Notes under the pieces: generated by a model | Seen by the model: the letters and a program-made list of their open reading frames with translations, nothing else | Databases searched by the model: none | What the model was told of the DNA's origin: nothing | Source of the DNA: Myxococcota bacterium | GTDB lineage: Bacteria > Myxococcota_A > Polyangia > Nannocystales > Nannocystaceae | DNA: 64,000 nt | Assembly (NCBI GenBank): GCA_039028615.1 | Contig: JBCCHT010000053.1 | Span: forward strand, 27,802 to 91,801 | Direction of reading: 5' to 3' | Position numbers and translations under genes: made by a program | In this document: positions 19,752-27,986 of the stretch, in pieces | Layout: the number at the start of each line of letters is the position of its first letter | Numbering within the stretch: position 1 is the first letter of the stretch

Positions 19752-19965
19752 GTTCGAACGGCGTGTGCGTCCTGCTTGGGTGGCGGGCGGCTTGTTGGTT
19801 GGGGCTTCGTGCTCGGTCGAATGGCGAGTGGGTCCTGCTTGGTGGCGGGCGGCTTGTTGATCGGGGGTTGGTGCTTGTTCGAACGGCGTGTGCGTCCTGC
19901 TTGGGTGGCGGGTGGCTTGTTGGTCGGGGGTTGTTGGTTGGGGCTTGGTGTTTGTTTGAGCGGTG
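19752..19965. repeat. Degenerate tandem repeat, ~62-63-bp period, 3 or more units with a GTTCGAAC palindrome
   Basis: Units start at 19752, 19815 and 19877 (GTTCGAACGGCGTGTGCGTCCTGCTTGGGTGGCGGG...); partial copies at ~19586 and ~19954. Confidence 0.9.
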
Positions 19966-20242
19966 AACGAACTCGGTGTGTTGACGATGGGGGTCGTCGT
20001 CGCTGCTCGAGTTGGGGACCTTCTATCCCTGCGCGGGTCGGTTCTGTTCTGCGTCCGCGGGGAGTTCGAGTGCTCGAGATCACTGGTTGGGGTGGGAGCG
20101 TTTGTTGAGAGGCAGGGGGTTTTCGAGGGAGCGAGGGTGGGAGTGCGGGGATCTACTCTAGTGGGGTGGGAAGGATCCCCTGTTGATTTCGGGCTCGAAG
20201 TACCCTGATGGAATTGGCGTTTGTCCCCTAAGGTGGTGGAGC

Positions 20243-21241
20243 ATGCGTAGTTACGCCCTCGGTTCGATCCCCGTACTGCTCGCCCTGACCACTCTTTCTC
20301 AGCCGGCCCATGCGGCCTCCGAACCGAGCCCCCCGCCGGAACCCGAACTTGCGCCGATTGCCGTTGATGTTGCCCCGGTGGAGTCGAACGCCGAAGGGGA
20401 GCTCGAGGCGGGATTGGACGCCGATGTGGTCGCCGACGCTGAAGTGATGGTGGAGGAAGAGGGGCCGTCGGAGGAGGCCGTGGTGGCAGAGGCAGAGGAA
20501 TCGGCGTCGGTTGGTCCGTCGGCGGAGGTGTCGCCATCGACGGAGGCTCCGGTCGTCGTTCCGCCGGTCTTGTCTCCGCCCGCGCCTACGTGGGGGCCGG
20601 TTCGGCCGACCCCTCCGCCGCCGCCGGATCCGGCTCGTACGGATCGAACCATGCGGAAGTTCCGACGTGGTGGCATCGGGATTCTGGCGGTGGGCGGGGC
20701 TGGATTGGCGCTCACGGCGGGTCTGCAGGCGGGTCGTGGGGCGGCGCTCAAACGTTGCGCGCGCACTGGCGATCCACTGTCCGATGCCTGTGTCACCTCG
20801 GACGTGCTCGAGCGTGAACTGTCGACCTACGGCGCCCTCGGCCTCGCTGCTCTCGTCACGGGCAGCGCGGGCGCGGGCGTCATGTTCGGCAACGCGGCAG
20901 CCACCCGCGACGTCGAACGCCACGGCTCCCTCCGTTCCCGCAGCGCCGCCCGGTTCGCCGGCATCATCGCCATCGGAGTCGCCTCCTCCGTCCTGCTCGG
21001 CACCAACATCCACTTCGGCCGCGCCGAAGCCCGCTGCGAAGGCGACCCCAACTGCATCGCCCGCCAACGCCCCCTTCGCTGGATCGCCAACGACGGCGCC
21101 GCCCTGGGCCTCGCCGCCGGAGCCGGCCTCCTCGGCTACTCCATCGCCTACGACAAACAAGGCAAAGCCCTCATGAAACTCCGCGCCGCCCCGACCATGA
21201 CCCCCCAACAAGCCGGCCTCTCCGTAACCGTAGCCTTCTAA
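20243..21241 (+). CDS. Hypothetical exported/membrane protein with Gly/Ala-rich helices and a C-terminal beta-signal-like end
   Basis: GGTGGAG RBS; signal peptide (...SQPAHA); acidic/Pro linker; hydrophobic helices; ends GLSVTVAF. Confidence 0.8.
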   Translation: MRSYALGSIPVLLALTTLSQPAHAASEPSPPPEPELAPIAVDVAPVESNAEGELEAGLDADVVADAEVMVEEEGPSEEAVVAEAEESASVGPSAEVSPSTEAPVVVPPVLSPPAPTWGPVRPTPPPPPDPARTDRTMRKFRRGGIGILAVGGAGLALTAGLQAGRGAALKRCARTGDPLSDACVTSDVLERELSTYGALGLAALVTGSAGAGVMFGNAAATRDVERHGSLRSRSAARFAGIIAIGVASSVLLGTNIHFGRAEARCEGDPNCIARQRPLRWIANDGAALGLAAGAGLLGYSIAYDKQGKALMKLRAAPTMTPQQAGLSVTVAF

Positions 21242-21254
21242 CCTCCCACCCCAC

Positions 21255-21303
21255 GAGCCCTCACCCACCGTCGACCAACCTCGAACGCTCCAAGTGAGGG
21301 CTC
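21255..21303. repeat. 10-bp perfect inverted repeat just after the stop codon (possible hairpin)
   Basis: GAGCCCTCAC (21255-21264) / GTGAGGGCTC (21294-21303). Confidence 0.5.
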
Positions 21304-21388
21304 ACCCCGCCCCCTCTCCCAAACGCTGGCGGCTCAACCAAACCCCATACACTCGAGCCGCCAGCGACCCCCTCTCTGCTTCATCAAC

Positions 21389-21710
21389 TACCGTAGCCGA
21401 ACGAGCGCCCGCTCCCCCCACCGCCAACTGCCGTAGCGAACCAGCGATCGCTCCCCGCACCACCAACTTGCCGTAGCCAACGAGCGATAGCTCCCGCACC
21501 ACCAAACTGCCATAGCGAACCAGCGCCTGCTCCCCGGCAACGGCGAATACCGTAGGCGAACGAGCGCCGCTCCCTGCCCCAACCTCCGCCGTCCGCCAAC
21601 TGCCGTAAGCGAACGAGCGCCAACTCCCCGCCTCGCCGACTGCGGTCAGCCAACGAGCGACCGCTGCCCGCCGATTGCCGTAAGCGAACGAGCGCCAGCT
21701 CCCCCGCCCA
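21389..21710. repeat. Degenerate tandem array of 8 units, ~40-bp period
   Basis: Core T(G/A)CCGTAGCGAACGAGCG (degenerate) at 21389, 21429, 21469, 21508, 21548, 21601, 21641 and 21676, each followed by a related C-rich linker. Confidence 0.9.
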
Positions 21711-21713
21711 GCA

Positions 21714-21850
21714 AAAGGGGCCGCGCCGGGGGGAGGGCCCCGAACCCCGACCGAGGACTTAAGGCGGGCAGAAATACCTACGCCCTACTCCAACCGCCAC
21801 GCCCGACCCGCAGGGCGGGGTTTGGGAGGGACCCGTCGACAGCAGGCCCC
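21714..21850. repeat. G-tract element related in reverse orientation to 19700-19750; contains a canonical G-quadruplex motif
   Basis: GGGGCCGCGCCGGGGGGAGGGC and GGGAGGGACCCGTCGACAGCAGG resemble the reverse complement of 19685-19750; GGGCGGGGTTTGGGAGGG at 21813-21830. Confidence 0.55.
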
Positions 21851-21948
21851 GTGCACCGCAGCGGGCGCCTGCCACCGAACACCCCCAGCAGACCCCCCGA
21901 GCACCCCCCGACACCGCTCAACTCACCCCACGAAGCCCGCAATTCGAC

Positions 21949-24273
21949 TCACCCCGCCCCAGCCACCGCCTCAATCCGAGCCGGCACACTCTTATGCCAA
22001 GGCGTCCCCGCAATCGGATCCCGATCCTCCGCCCGAGTGAGCTCATTCGTCGACAACCCCCGCGGCGCCGCCCCAGCATCCGGCCCGTCATAGTCGAGCC
22101 CATACCCATTGGGCAGCGACACATGCCCCGGCCGCATCATCTCCGTGACCTCGACCGACACCACCCCCTCCCCACGCCGCGTGGTGAGCCGAGCGAAGTC
22201 CCCCGTCGACAGCCCGAGCGCTTCGGCATCCGCTGCGCACATCCGCAGCGCCGCCCCCTTGGCCTTGGGCCGCGCCTTGGGATTCCGAACGATCGTGTTG
22301 GTCGTCTCGGAGCGCCGCTCCCCCGCCGAGAGCACGAAGGGATAGTCCGGCTCCGGCTCCGGCCGCTCGTAGGAGAGCCGAACGAGATCGGCAAAGAGCT
22401 CGGGAATGGCGAGCTGAATGCGATTGCCCGGCCGACGCAGGCGCGTCCAACCATCCTCGTAGTTCTTCATCGACGCATAGACGACCCCCGAGGGCTGACC
22501 GAGGATGTCGTCGAAGAGCCGCTCGCCGATGGCCAGCGCGGGACCGCGGTACCCGGCCTGCTGAGCCGCTTCGGTCTCCCCTTGGGCATACAGGTGGCTC
22601 AAGGCCCACACCACGGCGCCTTCACGAAGCTCGGGCGGCAACGAGGGCCCTAGACCCCGGTAGATCAGCACGGGCAGGTAGTCGAACCAATTGGAGTGCC
22701 GCGCGAGCAGAGCACCGATGGCCGCCGCGAGGGCAGGGCGACCGAGCTTGGCCGCAGCCTGCAGGGTCTTGATGTGCCGCGGCTTGATCCCGACGAGGCG
22801 ACTGACCAACCGCGAGTGAATCTCGGCCTCGGGCAAGGTGCCCGGCAGCGCGTCCATGAGCGCGGGGCGGAGCTGGAAGACGTTGTCCGGGAACTCGAGG
22901 TTGAAGAAGGTGCACTCGGTCTTCTCGAACTGACTCGCCGCCGGGAGCACGTATTCGGCACAGCGCGCGGTCTCAGTCATGGCGACGTCGATGACCACGG
23001 AGAGCTCGAGGGCGGCCATCGCCTCGCGCATCTGGGGACTGTCGGCGACGGAGTGCACCGGGTTGCCGCTCTCGATGAGCATCGCGCGGAAGCGGTCGGG
23101 GTGATCGGTGAGGATCTCCTCGGCCATCACGTTGCACGGCATCAAGCCGATGATGATCTTGGAATCGGTGACGGGGGTAGTGCGCCGCCGTCGAGGGCGA
23201 TCGGGATCGGGTCCGCCCCCGGGGCGCACGTCCCCTTTGCTCGCCCGCGCCAGCGACAAGAAGGGCACGAACGCGTTGTTGCTGCCCTTGGTCCCGAAGT
23301 GCCCGGTGAGGGTCCAGCTCAGGCGCTGCAGGTACGAGCCGAGCGTGGAGTGTCGGTTCATCTGCATGCCGAGATCTTCGAAGACCGAGGCGCTGCCGGC
23401 CTCCGCGAGCCAGCGTGCGACCTGGTGCAGCTGCGCCTCGGGGACCTCGCAGACGGCCGCACAGTGGGCGATGTCGACCTGCTCGAGGATCGGCTCCACC
23501 AGGTCGATGCCCTGCGTGTGCTCGTCGACCCACGGCCGCTTGACCCACCCGCCCTGCACGACGGCGGCGGCAATGCCCGCCAGGCACCACGCGTCGGTGC
23601 CCGGCTTGAGCTGCAGGTGCAGGTCGGCCATGGCCGCGGTCTCGCTGACCCGCGGATCGATGACCACCATCTTGCGCTTCGGGTCCTTCTGGATCTCCTT
23701 GAGCACGATCCGCGCCCGCGCGAAGCCGTGCGACTGCCACGGGTTCTTGCCGATGAAGATCGACAGCTCCGCGTGTTCGAAGTCGCCGTGGACGCCCGCG
23801 CCGAGCATGCGGCCGTTGACCCAGAACTCACCCGTCTTCTCCTGGGCCAGCGCGTTGGACCGATACTTCACGCCCAGCGCCTTGAGCGTCGCATCACCGT
23901 AGGCCCCACCGAGATGGTTTCCCTGCCCGCCGCCGCCGTAGTAGAGGATCTTGTCGCCGCCGTACTTGGACTGGATCGCCTCGAAGCGCGTCGCGATCTC
24001 CTCGATGGCAGTGTCCCAGTCGATCTCCTCGTAGCTGCCGTCGGGACGCCGCCGCAGCGGGCTGGTGATGCGATCTTTGGCCGTCTGATAGGCGTTGAGC
24101 CGCTTCGGCTTCTCGCACAGGTAGCCCTTCGACTCGGGGTGCGCCTTGTCGCCGCGGACCCGGACCAGCTCGCGTCCGCCCTCACCCCCGAGCTGAACCT
24201 CGAGCCCGCAGTTGAGGCTGCAAAAGATGCACGCCGTCTTCTTCCACTCGCCCTCGTTCGTTCGTGCGTTCAT
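21949..24273 (-). CDS. Molybdopterin-dependent oxidoreductase (DMSO reductase family) with an N-terminal 4Fe-4S site
   Basis: TACIFCSLNCG...GDKAHPESKGYLCEK; VIDVAMTETA..A..VLPA; C-terminal molydop-binding domain. Confidence 0.92.
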   Translation of the reverse strand: MNARTNEGEWKKTACIFCSLNCGLEVQLGGEGGRELVRVRGDKAHPESKGYLCEKPKRLNAYQTAKDRITSPLRRRPDGSYEEIDWDTAIEEIATRFEAIQSKYGGDKILYYGGGGQGNHLGGAYGDATLKALGVKYRSNALAQEKTGEFWVNGRMLGAGVHGDFEHAELSIFIGKNPWQSHGFARARIVLKEIQKDPKRKMVVIDPRVSETAAMADLHLQLKPGTDAWCLAGIAAAVVQGGWVKRPWVDEHTQGIDLVEPILEQVDIAHCAAVCEVPEAQLHQVARWLAEAGSASVFEDLGMQMNRHSTLGSYLQRLSWTLTGHFGTKGSNNAFVPFLSLARASKGDVRPGGGPDPDRPRRRRTTPVTDSKIIIGLMPCNVMAEEILTDHPDRFRAMLIESGNPVHSVADSPQMREAMAALELSVVIDVAMTETARCAEYVLPAASQFEKTECTFFNLEFPDNVFQLRPALMDALPGTLPEAEIHSRLVSRLVGIKPRHIKTLQAAAKLGRPALAAAIGALLARHSNWFDYLPVLIYRGLGPSLPPELREGAVVWALSHLYAQGETEAAQQAGYRGPALAIGERLFDDILGQPSGVVYASMKNYEDGWTRLRRPGNRIQLAIPELFADLVRLSYERPEPEPDYPFVLSAGERRSETTNTIVRNPKARPKAKGAALRMCAADAEALGLSTGDFARLTTRRGEGVVSVEVTEMMRPGHVSLPNGYGLDYDGPDAGAAPRGLSTNELTRAEDRDPIAGTPWHKSVPARIEAVAGAG

Positions 24274-24277
24274 CGCC

Positions 24278-24739
24278 TCACTCCTCGTTCGCTCGCGGTG
24301 CACCCAGGCGCCACCGAAGCCGCGCCGGATCCACCGGGTTGCCATCGGCATCGGCCGCGATGACCTTGGCCACCCGCTTGCCCGTCGCCGTATCGATCGC
24401 CACCAGCGGCGCGTTTTCTTCGCCGAACACCCACTTGTCCGACCACAGCCGCATCGCCGTGAGCACCACCCACAGGTCGCGCCCCTTCTTGGTCAGCGTG
24501 TACTCGTACCGTTGCCCGGGCTCCTCGAGTCGCCGTCGCTCGAAGATGTCGAAGTCGACCAACTTGCGTAGCCGAGCCGCGAGGATGTTCTTCGAGATCC
24601 CCAGGCTCTTTTCGAACTCCGAAAATCGCTTCATGCCGAAGAAGGCATCCCGAACGATCAACAACGTCCACGTGTCGCCCATGCGCATCAGCGCCTGAGC
24701 GACTCCACAAAACGCATTGACGTCGGCCTTCTTCGCCAT
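24278..24739 (-). CDS. HxlR-family winged-helix regulator
   Basis: CGVAQAL..MGDTWTLLIVRDAFFGMKRFSEF...EYTLTKKGRDL. Confidence 0.92.
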   Translation of the reverse strand: MAKKADVNAFCGVAQALMRMGDTWTLLIVRDAFFGMKRFSEFEKSLGISKNILAARLRKLVDFDIFERRRLEEPGQRYEYTLTKKGRDLWVVLTAMRLWSDKWVFGEENAPLVAIDTATGKRVAKVIAADADGNPVDPARLRWRLGAPRANEE

Positions 24740-24771
24740 TCGGACAACCCCGGCCTTCGAGAGCTTAGAAC

Positions 24772-24796
24772 TACAGGTTTCAAAGTGCAACCTGTA
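24772..24796. promoter_or_regulatory. Palindromic putative operator of the HxlR regulator
   Basis: TACAGGTTTCA-AAG-TGCAACCTGTA (10 of 11 bp symmetric) in the AT-rich region upstream of the regulator. Confidence 0.65.
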
Positions 24797-24933
24797 ATTT
24801 TAGCGAGTAATTTCAAATCATTGCATGACGTCGCGGTGACGACCGCCATGCCCTTCATCCAGCGCTCGGACAACTCGGCCTGAGCCGTTGCGACGGCGTG
24901 CCCGGCGAGGCGTTCTCGCCGGGCGACGCCCGC

Positions 24934-26406
24934 TCAAGTGTTGCAGTGCGTCGAGTAGGGCCCGAAGTCGGGCGGGGCCGGCTCGGCATAACTCTCGCGC
25001 CCCGGCTGCTCTTCGAAGGGCCGCGACAGCACTTCCATCAGCTCGTTCGTCGGCCCCATGTCGCCTTCGATCGCCGCGTCGAGGGCCGCTTCGATCTTGT
25101 GGTTTCGCACGATGTAGATCGGGTTCACCCGATCCATGGCGGCCGCCGTTTGCTGCGGATCGGCGTCACCCAGTCGCGAGTGCCAGCGCTCGTTCCACGC
25201 CGCGAACTCTTCCCCCTCGAACGCCACGCCCCCGTTGACCAACGACCGACTCAGCCGACGAAACGCACTCGTGTAGTCCGTCTCGGTCCTCGTCATCCAG
25301 TCCAGCAGGTCCTGGACCAGCGGCTGGTCGCCGCCGTCGACCCCGACCAGGCCGAGCTTCTTTCGCATCCCGTCGAGCCAGCGGCCTTCCACCGTCTCGC
25401 CGAAGTGTTTCAGCGACTCCTGGGCCATGGCCACCGCCTGATCTTCGTCGACCGCGAGCAGGTTCAGCAGCGCCTCGGCCATCCGAGCCAGGTTCCAGGC
25501 CCCGATCCCCGGCTGGTTGCCGAACGCATAGCGCCCGCGATGATCGATCTGGCTGAAGACCGTGCGCGGGTTGTACTGCTCCATGAACGCACACGGCCCG
25601 TAGTCGATCGTCTCCCCGGAGAGCGTCACGTTGTCGGTGTTCATCACTCCGTGCACGAACCCGATGAGCATCCACTGCGCCACGAGCTCGGCCTGTGAAG
25701 TCCCCACGGCATTGAGCAGCGCCTTTGCTTGGTTGGGCGCATCCGCCTCGTCGGGGTAGTGACGCCGCAGCGTGTAGTCCACGAGGCGTCGCAGCTCGCT
25801 CTTTTGCTTGCGCGACGCAAAGAACTCCAGCGTGCCCACGCGGATGTGGCTCGCCGCCACCCGGGTCAGCACGCCGCCGGGGGCCACCCGCTCCCGCACG
25901 ACTCGCTCCCCGGTGGTCACCACGGCCAGCGATCGCGTGGTGGGGATCCCCAACGCATGCATCGCCTCGCTCACGATGTACTCGCGCAAGGCCGAGTCGA
26001 GCGCCGCCCGCCCGTCGCCGTTACGAGAGTACGGAGTCGTGCCCGCGCCCTTGAGCTGGATGTCGAAGCGACGTCCCTGCGGATCGACGACCTCGCCGAG
26101 CAGCACCGCCCGCCCGTCGCCGAGCTGCGGGTTGAAGTGCCCGAACTGGTGCCCCGCGTAGACCTGCGCCAGGGGCCGCGTGCCCGGCAGGAGCTCCGAG
26201 CCGGACAGCGCCGCCGCCCCGTGCTCTTGCAACCACTCCGGGTCGAGGCCCAGCTCCGTCGCGAGTTCTCGGTTGAGCAGGAGCAGCGAGGGCGCCTTGA
26301 ACCCCGGCGGCTCATGGGCGGTGTACAGACCCTCCAGCTCGGAGGCGAAGGTGTGCTCGAGGACTGGTGCGTTGGCGGTACTCACGGGAGGCGCGTCCTG
26401 GGCCAC
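24934..26406 (-). CDS. selO: Protein adenylyltransferase SelO (YdiU family)
   Basis: YAGHQFG, LGDGRA, QLKGAG.TPYSR.GDGRA, GFVHGVMNTDN and IDYGPCAF motifs; C-terminal THCNT. Confidence 0.95.
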   Translation of the reverse strand: MAQDAPPVSTANAPVLEHTFASELEGLYTAHEPPGFKAPSLLLLNRELATELGLDPEWLQEHGAAALSGSELLPGTRPLAQVYAGHQFGHFNPQLGDGRAVLLGEVVDPQGRRFDIQLKGAGTTPYSRNGDGRAALDSALREYIVSEAMHALGIPTTRSLAVVTTGERVVRERVAPGGVLTRVAASHIRVGTLEFFASRKQKSELRRLVDYTLRRHYPDEADAPNQAKALLNAVGTSQAELVAQWMLIGFVHGVMNTDNVTLSGETIDYGPCAFMEQYNPRTVFSQIDHRGRYAFGNQPGIGAWNLARMAEALLNLLAVDEDQAVAMAQESLKHFGETVEGRWLDGMRKKLGLVGVDGGDQPLVQDLLDWMTRTETDYTSAFRRLSRSLVNGGVAFEGEEFAAWNERWHSRLGDADPQQTAAAMDRVNPIYIVRNHKIEAALDAAIEGDMGPTNELMEVLSRPFEEQPGRESYAEPAPPDFGPYSTHCNT

Positions 26407-26500
26407 GGTGGGCCCGGGTGACCATACGCCGGAACGCCCCGACGTGCCCGCACCCCGACGTTCACGGGCGCTCAGGGGCCGTCCGCTCGGTACCGTGCGC

Positions 26501-27760
26501 TCAGAGGTCGCCGACGGGGAAAAAGCCCGCCTTCATCGCCGCCACCTGATCGTCCGTAAAGGGCGCCTCGCACAGCCGCTGATTTTGCTGCCGCGAGCGG
26601 AACAACGCGAAGATGAAACGCATGCGCTCGCCCAGCGCCGACCAGTCGCGCGCCCCCGTGCCCTGCGCCTCCGGCGAGCCGATGCTCAGCTTCGAAAGGA
26701 TGCCGTCGAACCATCCCTCCACGCGGTCGGTCCAGTCGAGGTTCGCCTCGCGGGTCTCGTAGGTCCCCAGCTTCACCGTCAGCGCGACCAGCTCTGGTTC
26801 CTCGAGGTGCTCCAGCTCCTCGGGCCACAGCGACTGGCCCGGCGCCGCCTCGAGATCGCGACCCAGCTGGATCGTCTCGTCCGGCAGCCGCATCGTCATC
26901 ATCAGCTCCGTCGTCAGGTTGCGGACCAGCGTCTCCAGCTCGCGTCCCATCGACCCGAGCTTGGCCTGTGCGTCCGCGGGGCTCATCCCGCGGCGCTCCA
27001 TGTTGCGCAAGAACAACGCCTCGACCGGCGCGTTCTGGGCCCCCTCGATGTAGACCTGCAGGCGGATCTGCTCGTGCAGCCCGAACTGCGAATTGCTCAG
27101 CAGGATGAGCTCGGCCCGCTTGTTGGCGTCCTGCTCGAACAGCGCGCGATAAAGGTGGGTCATCGCCGTGCGCAGCAACGACCGGCCGCCGTTCATCGAG
27201 CGTCGGACGGTGCCGTCGGCGTCGACCGTCGCCGTGTCCTCCAGGCTCGGTCCTTCGGCGATCGGCTCGAGGAACGCATCGAGGGCAGCCTGGTCGTACT
27301 CGGTGGCCCCGCGGAACGACTGGATGAAGCGAGAGAACAGGTTGCCGAGTTCCTCGAACACGATGCGATTGCCCGTCCCCACGAAGATCGACACTCGATC
27401 GATGATGTCGTCGATCGCATCCAGCGGATCGAAGTCCAGCGTGTCGTCGTCATCGATAGCCGCCTTGTGCTCGCGGACTCGTTTGCTCCCGTCCATCAAG
27501 CGAGGGCGGCGGGATCGCTCCTCGGGATCGTCCTGCACCAGACGACGGATGATCGCCGGAATCTCGTCCTGGCGGATGAACGCGCCCGCCTGCCGAGAAG
27601 CCCAGCACGCAAACGCCGGCCAGAACACGTTGGTCGGACCGAACAGCTCCCGCATGCCCAGCGAAAGCTCATGATAGCTGTGAGTGATCAGCAGGTTGCG
27701 CAGCGCGGGCTTGTCCTCCATCGCGGCGATCCGGCGGATGTCTTCCGGGGCTAGGGGCAT
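26501..27760 (-). CDS. Conserved-looking hypothetical protein
   Basis: RNLLITHSYHELS...WPAFACWASRQAGAFIR and GLHEQIRLQ motifs; strong codon bias from ATG 27760. Confidence 0.8.
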   Translation of the reverse strand: MPLAPEDIRRIAAMEDKPALRNLLITHSYHELSLGMRELFGPTNVFWPAFACWASRQAGAFIRQDEIPAIIRRLVQDDPEERSRRPRLMDGSKRVREHKAAIDDDDTLDFDPLDAIDDIIDRVSIFVGTGNRIVFEELGNLFSRFIQSFRGATEYDQAALDAFLEPIAEGPSLEDTATVDADGTVRRSMNGGRSLLRTAMTHLYRALFEQDANKRAELILLSNSQFGLHEQIRLQVYIEGAQNAPVEALFLRNMERRGMSPADAQAKLGSMGRELETLVRNLTTELMMTMRLPDETIQLGRDLEAAPGQSLWPEELEHLEEPELVALTVKLGTYETREANLDWTDRVEGWFDGILSKLSIGSPEAQGTGARDWSALGERMRFIFALFRSRQQNQRLCEAPFTDDQVAAMKAGFFPVGDL

Positions 27761-27986
27761 GTTGTCATGATGGCAGAGATCGAACGGGCCTGCCGGCCCG
27801 AGCGCCACGAGTCGAAGACCCTCGTTGGTGCACCGCACCTCGGCTCCGTGTGCGAGGACGCCCGAGCACGAGTAGACTGCCCTCGCTCCCATGCACGCCT
27901 CGCCCTCGCAGCTCGCCGAACCGTCGACTCGGTGCCCTTCCGATGCCGAGCGGGTGTCGTCATCGGGCTCGGGTCGTCGCGTGAAC

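Noticed and set aside
20261..20275. tRNA T-loop-like GGTTCGATCCC
   Set aside because: Lies inside a coding region with no cloverleaf around it
19388..20537. Pro/Thr/Gln-rich ORFs across the repeat tract (19388-20083, 19452-20537), and similarly 9522-10094 and 10207-11475
   Set aside because: Composition simply mirrors the strand skew and tandem repeats; no motifs or normal codon bias
21389..21710. CRISPR array
   Set aside because: Repeats are degenerate and short, the 'spacers' resemble each other, and there is no leader or cas gene in the window
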